In this document: in pieces, positions 38,130 through 48,065 of the stretch
Numbering within the stretch: the first letter of the stretch is position 1
Layout: the number at the start of each line of letters is the position of its first letter
Assembly: GCA_022711395.1 (NCBI GenBank)
Contig: JAKLFA010000002.1
Span: forward strand, 387,864-451,863
Direction: 5' to 3'
Origin: Candidatus Omnitrophota bacterium
Lineage (GTDB): Bacteria; Omnitrophota; Gorgyraeia; Zapsychrales; JANLHA01
DNA: 64,000 nt
Notes under the pieces: model-generated
Seen by the model: only the letters and a program-made list of their open reading frames with translations
The model's database searches: none
Told to the model about the DNA's origin: nothing
Position numbers and translations under genes: made by a program

Positions 38130-38700
38130 GATCCGCGTTCTTAAGCACTTGGGAACAATTATACAAAAGAATGGAGAATTGCCAGCTCTCCTCCAGTCCG
38201 ATGATCAGGCCCGTGCGGACATTCTCCTCTTTCTGGAGCTTGTCCTTATAAAAGCTGATCGCCTTGGAAAGCCGGCCCTCAAACACATCCAGTGACTGCG
38301 TTTTATTATTGTAGCGATAGGACGGGATCGATATCCCGCGCACAAGGAAAAAATTCACGATCGAATCTTCATCCCCCTCCATCTCCTCCTCAAATTCGAA
38401 TCCCTTAAACTGAGGGACATTCGGCGGCAGGACCAGAGACGGTTTCTGGATGACGACCTCCCCCTGGCGCACGACCGTGTCACCGGGATTGATGGTGGAT
38501 TCCGCCAGAAAAATATACGGCATGATCGTGTCCGAATCCGTCAAAAGGCCGCGGATGCGCGAACGAACGATCTCAGTATTCTTCAGCGCCTTGACCCAGG
38601 CGTCATACATATTCATATCCGTCTCCCAACATTTCACAGTGCCCTTACAGGAAAACTCCTTTTTTAGTCGGAGTCCGGCGTTTTTCCTGACGAAAATCAA
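38086..38700 (-). CDS. hypothetical protein
   Basis: 204 aa, Lys-rich C-terminus, no recognisable family. Overlaps the M16 gene 3' end by 44 nt. The start may be MNMYD at about 38617. Confidence 0.35.
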   Translation of the reverse strand: MIFVRKNAGLRLKKEFSCKGTVKCWETDMNMYDAWVKALKNTEIVRSRIRGLLTDSDTIMPYIFLAESTINPGDTVVRQGEVVIQKPSLVLPPNVPQFKGFEFEEEMEGDEDSIVNFFLVRGISIPSYRYNNKTQSLDVFEGRLSKAISFYKDKLQKEENVRTGLIIGLEESWQFSILLYNCSQVLKNADHDIQKLLNDFRKKK

Positions 38701-38798
38701 CCGCCATTGCGCTTCGTTGAGCTATGCTCAACTTGCGGGTCCTCACTCTACCAAATTATTTTATTTGATCGGGCTGTCTTCAGCCCGATCAAATAAAA

Positions 38799-38883
38799 CG
38801 GAGAGGCAGGGATTCGAACCCTGGGAGGTTTGACCCTCGCGCGCTCTCCAAGCGCGTGCTTTCGGCCACTCAGCCACCTCTCC
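38799..38883 (-). tRNA. tRNA-Ser (anticodon GGA)
   Basis: GGAGAGGTGGCTGAGTGGCCGAAAGCACGCGCTTGGAGAGCGCG...GGTTCGAATCCCTGCCTCTCCG. A bidirectional terminator hairpin at 38767-38790 follows. Confidence 0.85.
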
Positions 38884-38973
38884 ATAATCAATCGAATTCA
38901 GCGAATTTTCAAAGAAAAGCAAACAATGGAGGTATGAATATACCACACTTCGTCCGTTTTGCAACCAAATCCG

Positions 38974-39270
38974 TTAAGACAATTTATAGGACAGAAGAAA
39001 CATAAAAGAAGCGATCGCAATAAACAGTCCGGACCAAAATGAATACTTTAATACGATCTTATCGATGGCAAATGATACCTTGTTTTCCAATTTCGGCCAG
39101 ATCCGTTTCCGCAGCCCGGCCTCCTTCTTGAAATCCTCGTTCAAACGCTCCACCGCCTGGCGTGACACCATCAACATGATCCCGATAAAGAACGCCAGAT
39201 ACAGCATCATCTCAACCAAGAACGTCACTGCCAGATCAAGGCTTGATCCCAGTCCGAAATTTTCCAACAT
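38974..39270 (-). CDS. small membrane protein, hypothetical
   Basis: 98 aa. Two predicted transmembrane helices. Confidence 0.3.
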   Translation of the reverse strand: MLENFGLGSSLDLAVTFLVEMMLYLAFFIGIMLMVSRQAVERLNEDFKKEAGLRKRIWPKLENKVSFAIDKIVLKYSFWSGLFIAIASFMFLLSYKLS

Positions 39271-39287
39271 TCCTTCCTCCTTAAGTA

Positions 39288-40622
39288 TTAACCTTCAATG
39301 GATTTCAACGGAACGTTATACGATGAGCGCCCCAACTGCTCTTCAAAGGCCCTCAATGAATCCTTGATCTTTTTCAAAGCTTCGGATTCCTCGACCGGAA
39401 TATCCTCGATCCCCTGATGGTTCAGGATCGAGATCACGTTCTGGACGGTCAATGACTCAATATCACGAGCAGGCTGATAAGACACTTCACCCGCGTTGTT
39501 ATTGAAGGCCACCTCCACAAGAACCCCCGCCTGGGTCAACTGGAACAAAAGTTCTCTGACCAAACGGATGGGGACCTCAAGTTGATGCGAGATCTGGCTG
39601 GCGGTATACGGCGCTTTTGCTTTGACAAAATTCGAAACACATAAATGCGTGATCCGCAACGCCATAAGGCGCTTAAAATAATGGCTGGCCTTCAGGCAAT
39701 CCTGCTCAAACTCATAGGTCTCCACGTTCTGCTCGGCGAAGGCCACCTCCGCCCCGAACAAGACAACAAGCCAGCTGATCTGAAGCCACATCAAGAACAA
39801 CGGCAACGCGGCAAAGCTCCCGTAGATCGCGCCGTATTTCGCGACCATGATCTGGGCCGAAAAATACAAAAATTGAATGACCTGATAAAGCGTTCCCGCA
39901 ATGATCCCTCCCAGGAACGCGGACTTGAACTGGACTTTCGTGTTCGGCATAAAAATATAAATAAAGGTGAACAATAACCACAGGAACAAAAACGGTAAAA
40001 ACTTCAGGGAAAAATTGACCAGCGGCGCCAGCACTCCCAAAATAGCGATCTTTTCCATGATCAGATTGACTTGGCTGGTGATCAGAACGGTCATGCTGCT
40101 GGACATGATCAGCAGAATCGGACAGATCAGCATGATCGAAAGATAATCACTGAACTTGCGCCCGAACGAACGCGGCTTTTTGATCCCCCATATCTCGTTA
40201 AACGCCTTTTCGATATTGCCCAACACCTTGATCACGGTCCAAAACAGAAGCGCCACGCCGATACCGGCGATCAAACCGCCTTTTGTGTTCTCCAGGAATG
40301 TCCGTGAAAACGTCACGATCCTCCCCACCACTTCTTCCTGGCCTGCCATTTTTTCATACAGGATCTTTTCCAGGACATTCTCAAAACCAAACCCCTTGGC
40401 GATCCCGAATGCCATGGCCACGATCGGAACGATCGACATGAGCGTGTAATACGTCAAGGCCGATGCCTGCAGCGCGCATTTGTCCTCATCAAAGCCCCGC
40501 TTGGACAGGACAAAGATCCTCAACTGCCTCAAAAGCAGGGATTTTCTCTTCGGAAGATGACGGGAATTGATCCGCCAAATACCCTCATCAAGAAAATTCA
40601 GGATTTTAGAAAGAATACCCAC
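39288..40622 (-). CDS. YihY/BrkB (virulence factor BrkB / RNase BN-like) family membrane protein with extra C-terminal domain
   Basis: 444 aa. ALTYYTLMSIVPIVAMAFGIA is typical of YihY. About 130-aa soluble C-terminal extension. Confidence 0.75.
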   Translation of the reverse strand: MGILSKILNFLDEGIWRINSRHLPKRKSLLLRQLRIFVLSKRGFDEDKCALQASALTYYTLMSIVPIVAMAFGIAKGFGFENVLEKILYEKMAGQEEVVGRIVTFSRTFLENTKGGLIAGIGVALLFWTVIKVLGNIEKAFNEIWGIKKPRSFGRKFSDYLSIMLICPILLIMSSSMTVLITSQVNLIMEKIAILGVLAPLVNFSLKFLPFLFLWLLFTFIYIFMPNTKVQFKSAFLGGIIAGTLYQVIQFLYFSAQIMVAKYGAIYGSFAALPLFLMWLQISWLVVLFGAEVAFAEQNVETYEFEQDCLKASHYFKRLMALRITHLCVSNFVKAKAPYTASQISHQLEVPIRLVRELLFQLTQAGVLVEVAFNNNAGEVSYQPARDIESLTVQNVISILNHQGIEDIPVEESEALKKIKDSLRAFEEQLGRSSYNVPLKSIEG

Positions 40623-40654
40623 AAGGCCACCTCTTTCATATAAGCCGTTCGAAA

Positions 40655-40936
40655 TTAAAGATTATTGAGCATCCGGTCAAAATCGTCCATAGAGACCGCC
40701 GGGCATGTGGAAAACGAGATCCCGGTCAACAAGGTGAGCCCCAAAGACGCCTTCATAGCGATCTTATTGTCCGGAAAATCCGCGATAAGGACGCAATCAT
40801 AACCGCCCAGCAAGGCATACATGCTGATGAGCTTTCCGCCCAATTGGTTGATCAAGGACAACGCGCGATCGGTCCGTTCAGAACTGATCTCCTTGATCGA
40901 CTCCGTATTGTATTTCCCGATAAAAACATAGGTCAT
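40655..40936 (-). CDS. GYD-domain protein
   Basis: MTYVFIGKYN...GYDCVLIADFPDN. The start was set to the internal Met. Confidence 0.65.
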   Translation of the reverse strand: MTYVFIGKYNTESIKEISSERTDRALSLINQLGGKLISMYALLGGYDCVLIADFPDNKIAMKASLGLTLLTGISFSTCPAVSMDDFDRMLNNL

Positions 40937-41034
40937 GGCGCGCTCCTTTTTTGAATTTGAACACATCCCCATCATACGACGAAACCAAATCCCACGCAAT
41001 AAGAAAGCGGAAATTTAACCCGTATTTTCACGAC

Positions 41035-42108
41035 TTAAACACTGAAACGGAAATACAGCACATCTCCATCCAGGATCTCGTATTCCTTACCCTCCAGCCG
41101 GACCAGGCCCTGTTCCTTCAAAATGGAATACTCCCCAAGGCGAACCAGGTCATCATATTTGTAGACTTCGGCCCGGATAAACCCTCGTTCCATATCCGTG
41201 TGGATCTTTCCCGCGGCCTTGACCGCCGGAGTGCCTTGCGGGATCAGCCAGGCTCGTGTTTCCTGCGGCCCTGCCGTAAAAAAACAGGCCAGCTTCAAAA
41301 GCTCACACCCCGCGCGGGCGAGCTTGCCCAGCCCCGGAGTCGCGATACCGGCGGCGTCATAATAGCTTTTCCGTTCCTCTTCAGGCAATTCCAGGATCTC
41401 GGATTCAAGCTTTGTGCAAAGTTCGATGACCGCGGCGCCCTCACGGGCCGCAAGTTCTTTTAAAGGACCGATCATATCCGGGCTGGCGCCGTTCTCATCA
41501 CAATTCGCCACATATAACACCGGTTTCGCGGTCAAGAACTGATACTCGCTTAAGATCTCTCCCGGAATATCCTGCAAGCGCGCGGATTTCCCCTGGTCAA
41601 AATTCGCGATGATCTGCTCCAGCGCCGCAACGCGTTCCCTGGCTTCCTTCTCACCACTTTTAGCGAACTTATGGGCCCGCTCAAGGGCTTTCTGCGCCTG
41701 CTGCAAGTCTGCCAGCAAAAGTTCCGTTTCAATAATTTCAGCGGCTTGAACAGGATTAAGGTCTCCGGCGACATTAACAACATCTTCATCATGAAAGCAC
41801 CGCACCACGTGGCACAGCGCATCCACTGCGCGGATATTGGCCAAAAATTTATTGCCCAGCCCTTCCCCCTGGCTGGCGCCCTTGACAAGGCCGGCGATGT
41901 CCACAAAACGGATACCGGACGGCGTGATCTTGGCGCTCTTCCATTTTTCAGCCAAGACTGAAAGCCGCTCATCCGGCAAGGGAACAATGCCGACGTTGGG
42001 TTCGATCGTTGTGAACGGGAAATTTTCCGCCGCGATCCCCGCGCCGGTCAGCGCGTTGAACAGGGTGGATTTTCCGACATTGGGTAAACCGACGATTCCA
42101 ATTTCCAT
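41035..42108 (-). CDS. ychF: redox-regulated ATPase YchF (Obg-family)
   Basis: MEIGIVGLPNVGKSTLFNALT P-loop. TGS C-terminal domain. Confidence 0.9.
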   Translation of the reverse strand: MEIGIVGLPNVGKSTLFNALTGAGIAAENFPFTTIEPNVGIVPLPDERLSVLAEKWKSAKITPSGIRFVDIAGLVKGASQGEGLGNKFLANIRAVDALCHVVRCFHDEDVVNVAGDLNPVQAAEIIETELLLADLQQAQKALERAHKFAKSGEKEARERVAALEQIIANFDQGKSARLQDIPGEILSEYQFLTAKPVLYVANCDENGASPDMIGPLKELAAREGAAVIELCTKLESEILELPEEERKSYYDAAGIATPGLGKLARAGCELLKLACFFTAGPQETRAWLIPQGTPAVKAAGKIHTDMERGFIRAEVYKYDDLVRLGEYSILKEQGLVRLEGKEYEILDGDVLYFRFSV

Positions 42109-42134
42109 TTTGATCCTTAATGTGAACTTTCAAA

Positions 42135-42226
<92 letters not shown>

Positions 42227-42312
42227 GCGAACATTCTATATTTTTTTCCTCACCGGACGGATGGGCGAACCGCATGCTGGAATGTGCCGATCTCCTCCCT
42301 GATCAATCCTGA

Positions 42313-42343
42313 AAGATCGGCCAACCACTCAGACACCTCTCCG
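42313..42343. repeat. duplicate of tRNA-Ser(CGA) 5' acceptor/D-arm plus 14-nt upstream flank
   Basis: ccactcagacacctctccgcgaacattctat is repeated from 42208-42238. A 75-bp spacer separates the copies. Confidence 0.7.
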
Positions 42344-42434
42344 CGAACATTCTATTCCGTAGAAATTAATAAATAGTATAAATACCAAAATAAGATATCA
42401 CATTATATGTGGGGGATTATAGGGCGTCAAGCGA

Positions 42435-42938
42435 TTATGAAGGGCTGTTCCAGGTCCGGATCGCTCCGCTGTCAAAAACAGGTTTCCATTTCGAGACCTC
42501 ATCATGAGTATCAGCCGCAGCGTCCACTGAATCGATGTTCGCCCTCAGGATCCCGTCTTCGGTAACCCCGAATTCAACCTTGGGCGAAAGCGGATGGATC
42601 GGTGAGGCAGAGATCACCCGGTAATCATCTCCCAGGACCTGAAAATCATAATAATACCCATCAAACACGCGGCGTTTGATGTTCTCTGAACGGAAGAAAT
42701 ACCCTTCCTCCTGGGAATACAAAACGAACTCCGGCAGCTGCGAGAGCGTCGTGACGCGGACACCCGAGATCTTTTCATAGGAATAGATGTAACGGTTCAA
42801 AGCATCGACCCCGAACCTCACGCGCTTGATCTTATCGTATCGGGAAATGGCGAATAACAACGCCAGGCAGGCGAACATCACCGCTCCATAAAAAGCGTAG
42901 CGGATATATGGCGAAATGATCATTCCGGATGATTTCAT
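42435..42938 (-). CDS. membrane-anchored hypothetical protein
   Basis: 167 aa. N-terminal transmembrane helix, no family recognised. Confidence 0.35.
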   Translation of the reverse strand: MKSSGMIISPYIRYAFYGAVMFACLALLFAISRYDKIKRVRFGVDALNRYIYSYEKISGVRVTTLSQLPEFVLYSQEEGYFFRSENIKRRVFDGYYYDFQVLGDDYRVISASPIHPLSPKVEFGVTEDGILRANIDSVDAAADTHDEVSKWKPVFDSGAIRTWNSPS

Positions 42939-42953
42939 GTTTCCTCACAACTG

Positions 42954-44390
42954 TTAAATGACCCGCTCCAAAGCATCGACAACCTGCTGATCGAGCTCTT
43001 CTTTCAAGGAACGCAAATGAGCGACCGCCTTTGTCGGGGTGTAGGAAATGCGGTAAGGACGCTCTGAGGTCATCGCGTCATAGATATCAGCGATCGTTAA
43101 GATCCTCGTCGGCAAAGAGATCGCCCCGTTCTTCAATCCATCAGGATACCCGCTCCCATCGAGTTTTTCATGATGGTGGCGGATGATGTCGCAAAGGTCC
43201 CTTAACGAGGCGATCGGCTTGATGATGCTCTCTCCGATCTCCGGATGTTTTTTCATCATCGCCATTTCGTCACGGTCCAGGGGCCCCTTCTTGGTCAGGA
43301 TCTTGTCCAGGACCCCGATCTTTCCGATATCATGAAGCTTGGCCGCGTCGCGCAGAAGCATGATCGCCTGCTTATCCAGCCCCATCTCATGGGCGATGCG
43401 CGTGCAAAGGTCCGCCACCCGGTCCAAATGGCCGCGGGAATAGGGGTCTTTGGCCTCGACCGCCAAGGCAAGGGCGGAGATCGTTTCGAAATAGGTCCGC
43501 TCAGCGTTCTCATTCAATTTTGAATTTTCAACAGCGACCGCGGTCTGCAGCGCGATATTGAAAAGCAGCCCCTCCTCATCCGCCGTAAACGGGGTCTGGC
43601 TTTTGCGGCCGCAGACAACCACAAAACCCAGGACCTCTTCATGCAGAATCAGAGGAGCGCACAGTGTTGGTTCCTCTAGAATATTTGCCAACGGATCGGT
43701 CCGGGAAATACGCTCAATAAGGACCGTCCGTTTTTCACGGGCCACAAGGCTTAAGAGCCCCTCTTCTTCCACTCCGACAGATTTGTATTGGCCTGGGCTG
43801 ACGTCCTTGCCGAAAAACGTTTTTAAAAAGAAGGTCTGCCCGTCATCATTGTGCAGGAACAAAAACCCGCTCTTGGAATCGATCGCCTCTACGACCGTTT
43901 CCAGAATCAGGTCCAGAAAACTGTCAATGTTCTCCATGGATGAGATCCCCTCACCGATGCGGGAAAGGACCGACTGCAGCGTCCGCTTGGCCAGTTCGAG
44001 GTTGCGGACGTTCTCCTCCAGATGCAACGTGATCTCATTGAAGGATTTTGCCAGAAGGGCCACCTCATTGACATCCGTCTCTCTCAGTTCTTCAGCCTTG
44101 CGCGGTCCCAGGATCTCGATCAAGGCGTCCGTATTCTTGGATGTCACCTCCACCAGGTTCAGCAGGATCGTGCGCACGGAAAAAAAACCCACCGCTATCC
44201 CAAAGACGATGAAGATCATCAGCCAGAAAAACTGCACTTCGGAGATCGTGATCGTTCCCAGATTGCGCAGCTGAAGATAAAAATAATACAAAACGCCCAC
44301 CGGCAGGACAGACATGACAAAATAAAGGATGGTGAATTTCCTGAGGATCGAGGTGTTCTCAAAGGATGTGAGTTTAAACTTTTTCGCCAT
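42954..44390 (-). CDS. membrane HD-GYP phosphodiesterase with HAMP and GAF sensor domains
   Basis: 478 aa. HDIGKIGV...HHEKLDGSGYPDGL. Confidence 0.8.
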   Translation of the reverse strand: MAKKFKLTSFENTSILRKFTILYFVMSVLPVGVLYYFYLQLRNLGTITISEVQFFWLMIFIVFGIAVGFFSVRTILLNLVEVTSKNTDALIEILGPRKAEELRETDVNEVALLAKSFNEITLHLEENVRNLELAKRTLQSVLSRIGEGISSMENIDSFLDLILETVVEAIDSKSGFLFLHNDDGQTFFLKTFFGKDVSPGQYKSVGVEEEGLLSLVAREKRTVLIERISRTDPLANILEEPTLCAPLILHEEVLGFVVVCGRKSQTPFTADEEGLLFNIALQTAVAVENSKLNENAERTYFETISALALAVEAKDPYSRGHLDRVADLCTRIAHEMGLDKQAIMLLRDAAKLHDIGKIGVLDKILTKKGPLDRDEMAMMKKHPEIGESIIKPIASLRDLCDIIRHHHEKLDGSGYPDGLKNGAISLPTRILTIADIYDAMTSERPYRISYTPTKAVAHLRSLKEELDQQVVDALERVI

Positions 44391-44477
44391 GCTGTAATTT
44401 CCAATCCATCGTTCTGGTATCAGTATATCACAGCTTGAAACGTGTCAAAACGGAGTTTGACTTTTTTAACACGGCCC

Positions 44478-44681
44478 TCACCAGCGGCTTTGAGGAGTGG
44501 AGCGGACCAAAAGGCCGAACGCCCCGAAAAACAGCATGAAAAGGAACAGGATCGTCAAGAACCCTGATATCTGCTCATTAGGGATCAACGGACGTCCGAA
44601 CATCTGGGCCGTCAGCAGAATAGCCAAAAGAACCAGGATCAGAATATAAGTCCATTTCAGCGTCGCAAGGAAGATTTTCAT
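44478..44681 (-). CDS. small membrane protein, hypothetical
   Basis: 67 aa. Two transmembrane helices. Confidence 0.3.
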   Translation of the reverse strand: MKIFLATLKWTYILILVLLAILLTAQMFGRPLIPNEQISGFLTILFLFMLFFGAFGLLVRSTPQSRW

Positions 44682-44711
44682 AATGGATCCTTTTAAAAAT
44701 GATCATAAAAA

Positions 44712-44796
44712 ACGGAGAGGCCGAGATTCGAACTCGGGAGGCCTTTCGGCCTGCTTGTTTTCAAGACAAGTGCTTTCAACCGCTCAGCCACCTCTC
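44712..44796 (-). tRNA. tRNA-Ser (anticodon TGA)
   Basis: GGAGAGGTGGCTGAGCGGTTGAAAGCACTTGTCTTGAAAACAAG...AGTTCGAATCTCGGCCTCTCCG. Confidence 0.85.
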
Positions 44797-44884
44797 CCAC
44801 ACGCCATCACCCCCGACACCGGCGGGGAAAAATCAGAGACATGATTATAACAAAATAAATTGGATTTTCAACAGTGAAAAAATT

Positions 44885-45484
44885 TCAGATAACACGAAGT
44901 TTGTGCAGCACAAATCTATAGATCGCGCCGCTTGTCTCATAAGCCTTGTTCCAAAAATCAATGAACGTGGACGACTCAAAGCACAAATGCATCAGCGCCA
45001 TGACCAGGGCCAGGACAGTGATATACATCAACCCCGCGTGAAACAGATAATGCCCTTTCAAGTGGGTCTCATCTTCCTCATACTCATCCTGCGCGGTCAG
45101 GACCACGTGCATCGAAAGAGAAAATCCGGTAAAGAACATCAGGGCGGCCTCCCACCCTTTTAAATTCATCAGGTTCACGGCCACATAAACGACCAGCAAA
45201 AGGACCGTGGTCAAAAACGGGATCACATCCGGCAGGATGGCATTGAGGATCGTGGAGAACCCAAAGATCTCGGCGATGATCCCCTGAAAAAAATGATACA
45301 GCCCCTGCGGAGTGAACACAAAGAGATGGAACAGAACATAGGCGATCACGCCGTACCAGAACAGGTCGGCAAGGCTGCCGAGTTTGGCGATCTCACCGGA
45401 AAACGCGCCCGTGACAGCGATCACAACAGGCAAAAGACAGATAAACCCTATAAGTTTCAGAACACCGAGCAGGCCGATCTTCAT
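44885..45484 (-). CDS. polytopic membrane protein, hypothetical
   Basis: 199 aa. Five to six transmembrane helices. Acidic loop DEYEEDETH. Confidence 0.4.
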   Translation of the reverse strand: MKIGLLGVLKLIGFICLLPVVIAVTGAFSGEIAKLGSLADLFWYGVIAYVLFHLFVFTPQGLYHFFQGIIAEIFGFSTILNAILPDVIPFLTTVLLLVVYVAVNLMNLKGWEAALMFFTGFSLSMHVVLTAQDEYEEDETHLKGHYLFHAGLMYITVLALVMALMHLCFESSTFIDFWNKAYETSGAIYRFVLHKLRVI

Positions 45485-45502
45485 GGTCCAACCTCACTCC
45501 TG

Positions 45503-46774
45503 TTAGTTTTTAGTGATCTTTTGCATTCCGCCCATATAAGGCCTCAACACATCCGGGACAACAATGTTCCCTTCGGCGGTCTGATAATTTTCCAGGATCG
45601 CCACCATCGTGCGGGCCAGCGCCAGGCCGGAGCCGTTGAGCGTGTGAACATAGGCGGGCTTTTTCTGGGCCGCGCCCTTAAAACGGATATTCGCCCTGCG
45701 GGCCTGAAAATCCTCAAAATTCGAACAGCTGGAGACCTCCAGCCATTTGTCCATCCCGGCGGCATGCGCTTCAAGATCATAACATTTGGCCGCGGCAAAG
45801 CTCATGTCACCGGACGCCAACAAAAGGACCCGATACGGAAGGCCAAGCTTCTGCAAGATCGATTCAGCATCCGAAAGAAGTTTTTCGTGTTCATCATATG
45901 ATGTATCAGGATGGACGAACTTAACCAGCTCGACTTTATTGAACTGATGGACCCGCACAAGCCCCCGGGTCTCTTTACCGTAAGAACCCGCCTCCCTACG
46001 GAAACACGCCGTATAGGATGTGTAAAGGACCGGCAGCTCCTTTTCAGAAAGGATCTCATCCCGATGGAGATTGGTGGTCGGGACCTCAGCGGTCGGGATC
46101 AAATACAGGTCATCGTCCGCGCAGCGGTACATATCTTCAGCCATTTTCGGCAATTGACCGGTGCCGGTCATGGAAGCCGTGTTGACCACAAACGGCGGGA
46201 ACACCTCCTTATAACCGTGCTCGCTGGTATGAACATCCAGCATAAAATTGAACAACGCCCGTTCCAGCCTAGCCCCGGCGCCTTTATAGACAATAAAATT
46301 CGAACCCGAGATCTTCGCCGCCCGTTCAAAATCGATGATATCCAGGTTTTCAGCAAGCTCAATATGGGTTTTCGGCTTGAAACCCAGCTTCACCGGCTCT
46401 CCCCAGGCCTTAACGACCTGATTGGCCTGCGGCCCTCCGACCGGAACACTTTTATGAGGCAGATTGGGGATGGCGATCAAAAGCTGATTCAGGCGCTCTT
46501 CAATGCTTTTCAATGGCTCCTGGAGCTTTTCGATCTTCGCCTTGATCTGTTTCATAGCCTCGATCTGAACGGAAGCGTCCTTTTTATCCCTCATCAAGAT
46601 CCCGATCGCGTCGCTGGCCTTATTCTGTTCCGCCCGCAGCTCATCCGCCTGTGTCAAAAGCTTGCGCCGCTCCTGATCAAGGCCCAAAATCTCTTCAAGG
46701 TCGACCTTAACGTTCTTGGCTGCCAGCCCATCCCGCACACGTTGCAAATCTTCCCGGATCAAATGAATATCGAA
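45503..46774 (-). CDS. serS: seryl-tRNA synthetase
   Basis: N-terminal coiled-coil arm plus class II core motifs (FRREAGS..., GSGLALART). The start was set to MFDIH. Confidence 0.9.
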   Translation of the reverse strand, partial: FDIHLIREDLQRVRDGLAAKNVKVDLEEILGLDQERRKLLTQADELRAEQNKASDAIGILMRDKKDASVQIEAMKQIKAKIEKLQEPLKSIEERLNQLLIAIPNLPHKSVPVGGPQANQVVKAWGEPVKLGFKPKTHIELAENLDIIDFERAAKISGSNFIVYKGAGARLERALFNFMLDVHTSEHGYKEVFPPFVVNTASMTGTGQLPKMAEDMYRCADDDLYLIPTAEVPTTNLHRDEILSEKELPVLYTSYTACFRREAGSYGKETRGLVRVHQFNKVELVKFVHPDTSYDEHEKLLSDAESILQKLGLPYRVLLLASGDMSFAAAKCYDLEAHAAGMDKWLEVSSCSNFEDFQARRANIRFKGAAQKKPAYVHTLNGSGLALARTMVAILENYQTAEGNIVVPDVLRPYMGGMQKITKN

Positions 46775-46804
46775 CATCCACCACATCCTTTATCGATCGT
46801 TAAA

Positions 46805-47257
46805 TTAAGAACCCGATTTTTTAGCGCTGTCCATGTCCTCAAAAGCCATGCAGACCTGACGGACCAGGGTCTTGGCATCGATCGGCTTGGCCAGATAATT
46901 GTCCGCGCCCGCCTGAAAACACTCCAGGACATCTTTGGAACTGGCGCTTCCTGTTAAAAAAATGACCGGTATGCTGTTGGTCACCGGATCTTCCTTGATC
47001 TGAACGCAAAACTCCTTCCCGTTCATCCCCGGCATCATATAATCCGAAATGATCAGATCCGGCCTGCGGCTGCGGATCATCTCCAAAGCCTGAGAAGCAT
47101 TCTCCGCGCCGCTGACATTGAATTCCGCCTTGATCAGCGAGCGGGTATAAAATTCCCGTTCGACCGGGCTGTCATCAACGACCAGCACGGACCTACCCTT
47201 ATAAAGATTGCCTTTTGTGGGCGCAAAAATATTCGCTAGCCATTTCCACATGCGCAT
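46805..47257 (-). CDS. single-domain response regulator (CheY-like)
   Basis: SVLVVDDSPVEREFY...DLIISDYMMPGMNG...IFLTG. Confidence 0.75.
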   Translation of the reverse strand: MRMWKWLANIFAPTKGNLYKGRSVLVVDDSPVEREFYTRSLIKAEFNVSGAENASQALEMIRSRRPDLIISDYMMPGMNGKEFCVQIKEDPVTNSIPVIFLTGSASSKDVLECFQAGADNYLAKPIDAKTLVRQVCMAFEDMDSAKKSGS

Positions 47258-47336
47258 GCCCCCTTGGTTATGTTTCGAATCCGAAGGATTATACCAAAAA
47301 GAGGCCGAAAATGCATATGAAAATGTTAATAAATAT

Positions 47337-47966
47337 TCAGGAATTTGATTTCCGCAACCGCCCGCCTGCCAGCGAAAACGCCATGATAAACAATGACCAT
47401 GTCGCCGGCTCAGGGACCGCCATGCTTAACGGATAATCCGTCCTGCCTGGTGAGAACGCCTCCCCCAAAGACACCGTGACCTTCGCGTCATACCGCGGGC
47501 TAACACGGATAAGCGAAACATCCCTTCCGCCTTCCGCGCCGAAACGAAACTCATCGATCAGCGTCTTTTGCGGATCATAAAGCCGCGCGATATCACCGGT
47601 ATTGTTCAGGTTTAAGCCTCCGTTTGAAGCCTTATACCAGGATGGGGCCGCAAACAAAGCCGGCGAACCGCCAAAGACCACGACCGTAGACCAGGGCCCG
47701 ATAATGCTTCCCGCGCCAAAAACATGGCGTTCAGCCAGCGCGTCATGGATCGACCAGCCCACCAGGTCCACCTGGTCCTCCGACACATTATACAGCTCCA
47801 CAAATTCGTCACCAGAACTTGAAATGATGCCGTCCTGGTTAGCATCCCCTCCGATCGATGGTGGATCAGCCAGGACCTCACTGATCAAAACAAAACTTTC
47901 CGCCGGCGCCGCCATCAAAAACAATGCGGACACCGCCCACGCACAGACTCTCGCCCGTTTCAGCAT
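47337..47966 (-). CDS. secreted lamin-tail-domain (LTD) protein with PEP-CTERM anchor
   Basis: 209 aa. Signal peptide. LTD motifs (DEFVELYNVSEDQVDLVGWSI). C-terminal VPEPATWSLFIMAFSLAGGRLRKSNS. Confidence 0.7.
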   Translation of the reverse strand: MLKRARVCAWAVSALFLMAAPAESFVLISEVLADPPSIGGDANQDGIISSSGDEFVELYNVSEDQVDLVGWSIHDALAERHVFGAGSIIGPWSTVVVFGGSPALFAAPSWYKASNGGLNLNNTGDIARLYDPQKTLIDEFRFGAEGGRDVSLIRVSPRYDAKVTVSLGEAFSPGRTDYPLSMAVPEPATWSLFIMAFSLAGGRLRKSNS

Positions 47967-48065
47967 AACCGCCTCCGTAAGATTTTAGGGGATCAAAAAG
48001 GGATGAGACATCGCATGATGGCAGGGGCGCTTAAACAAGCGCCCCGCCACCATGAAAATCCATGA

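Noticed and set aside
38761-38964. 67-aa minus-strand ORF
   Set aside because: Overlaps tRNA-Ser(GGA) and its terminator. It is a spurious read-through of the tRNA sequence.
45911-46957. 348-aa plus-strand ORF
   Set aside because: Antisense to serS and the receiver gene, both of which have strong family motifs.
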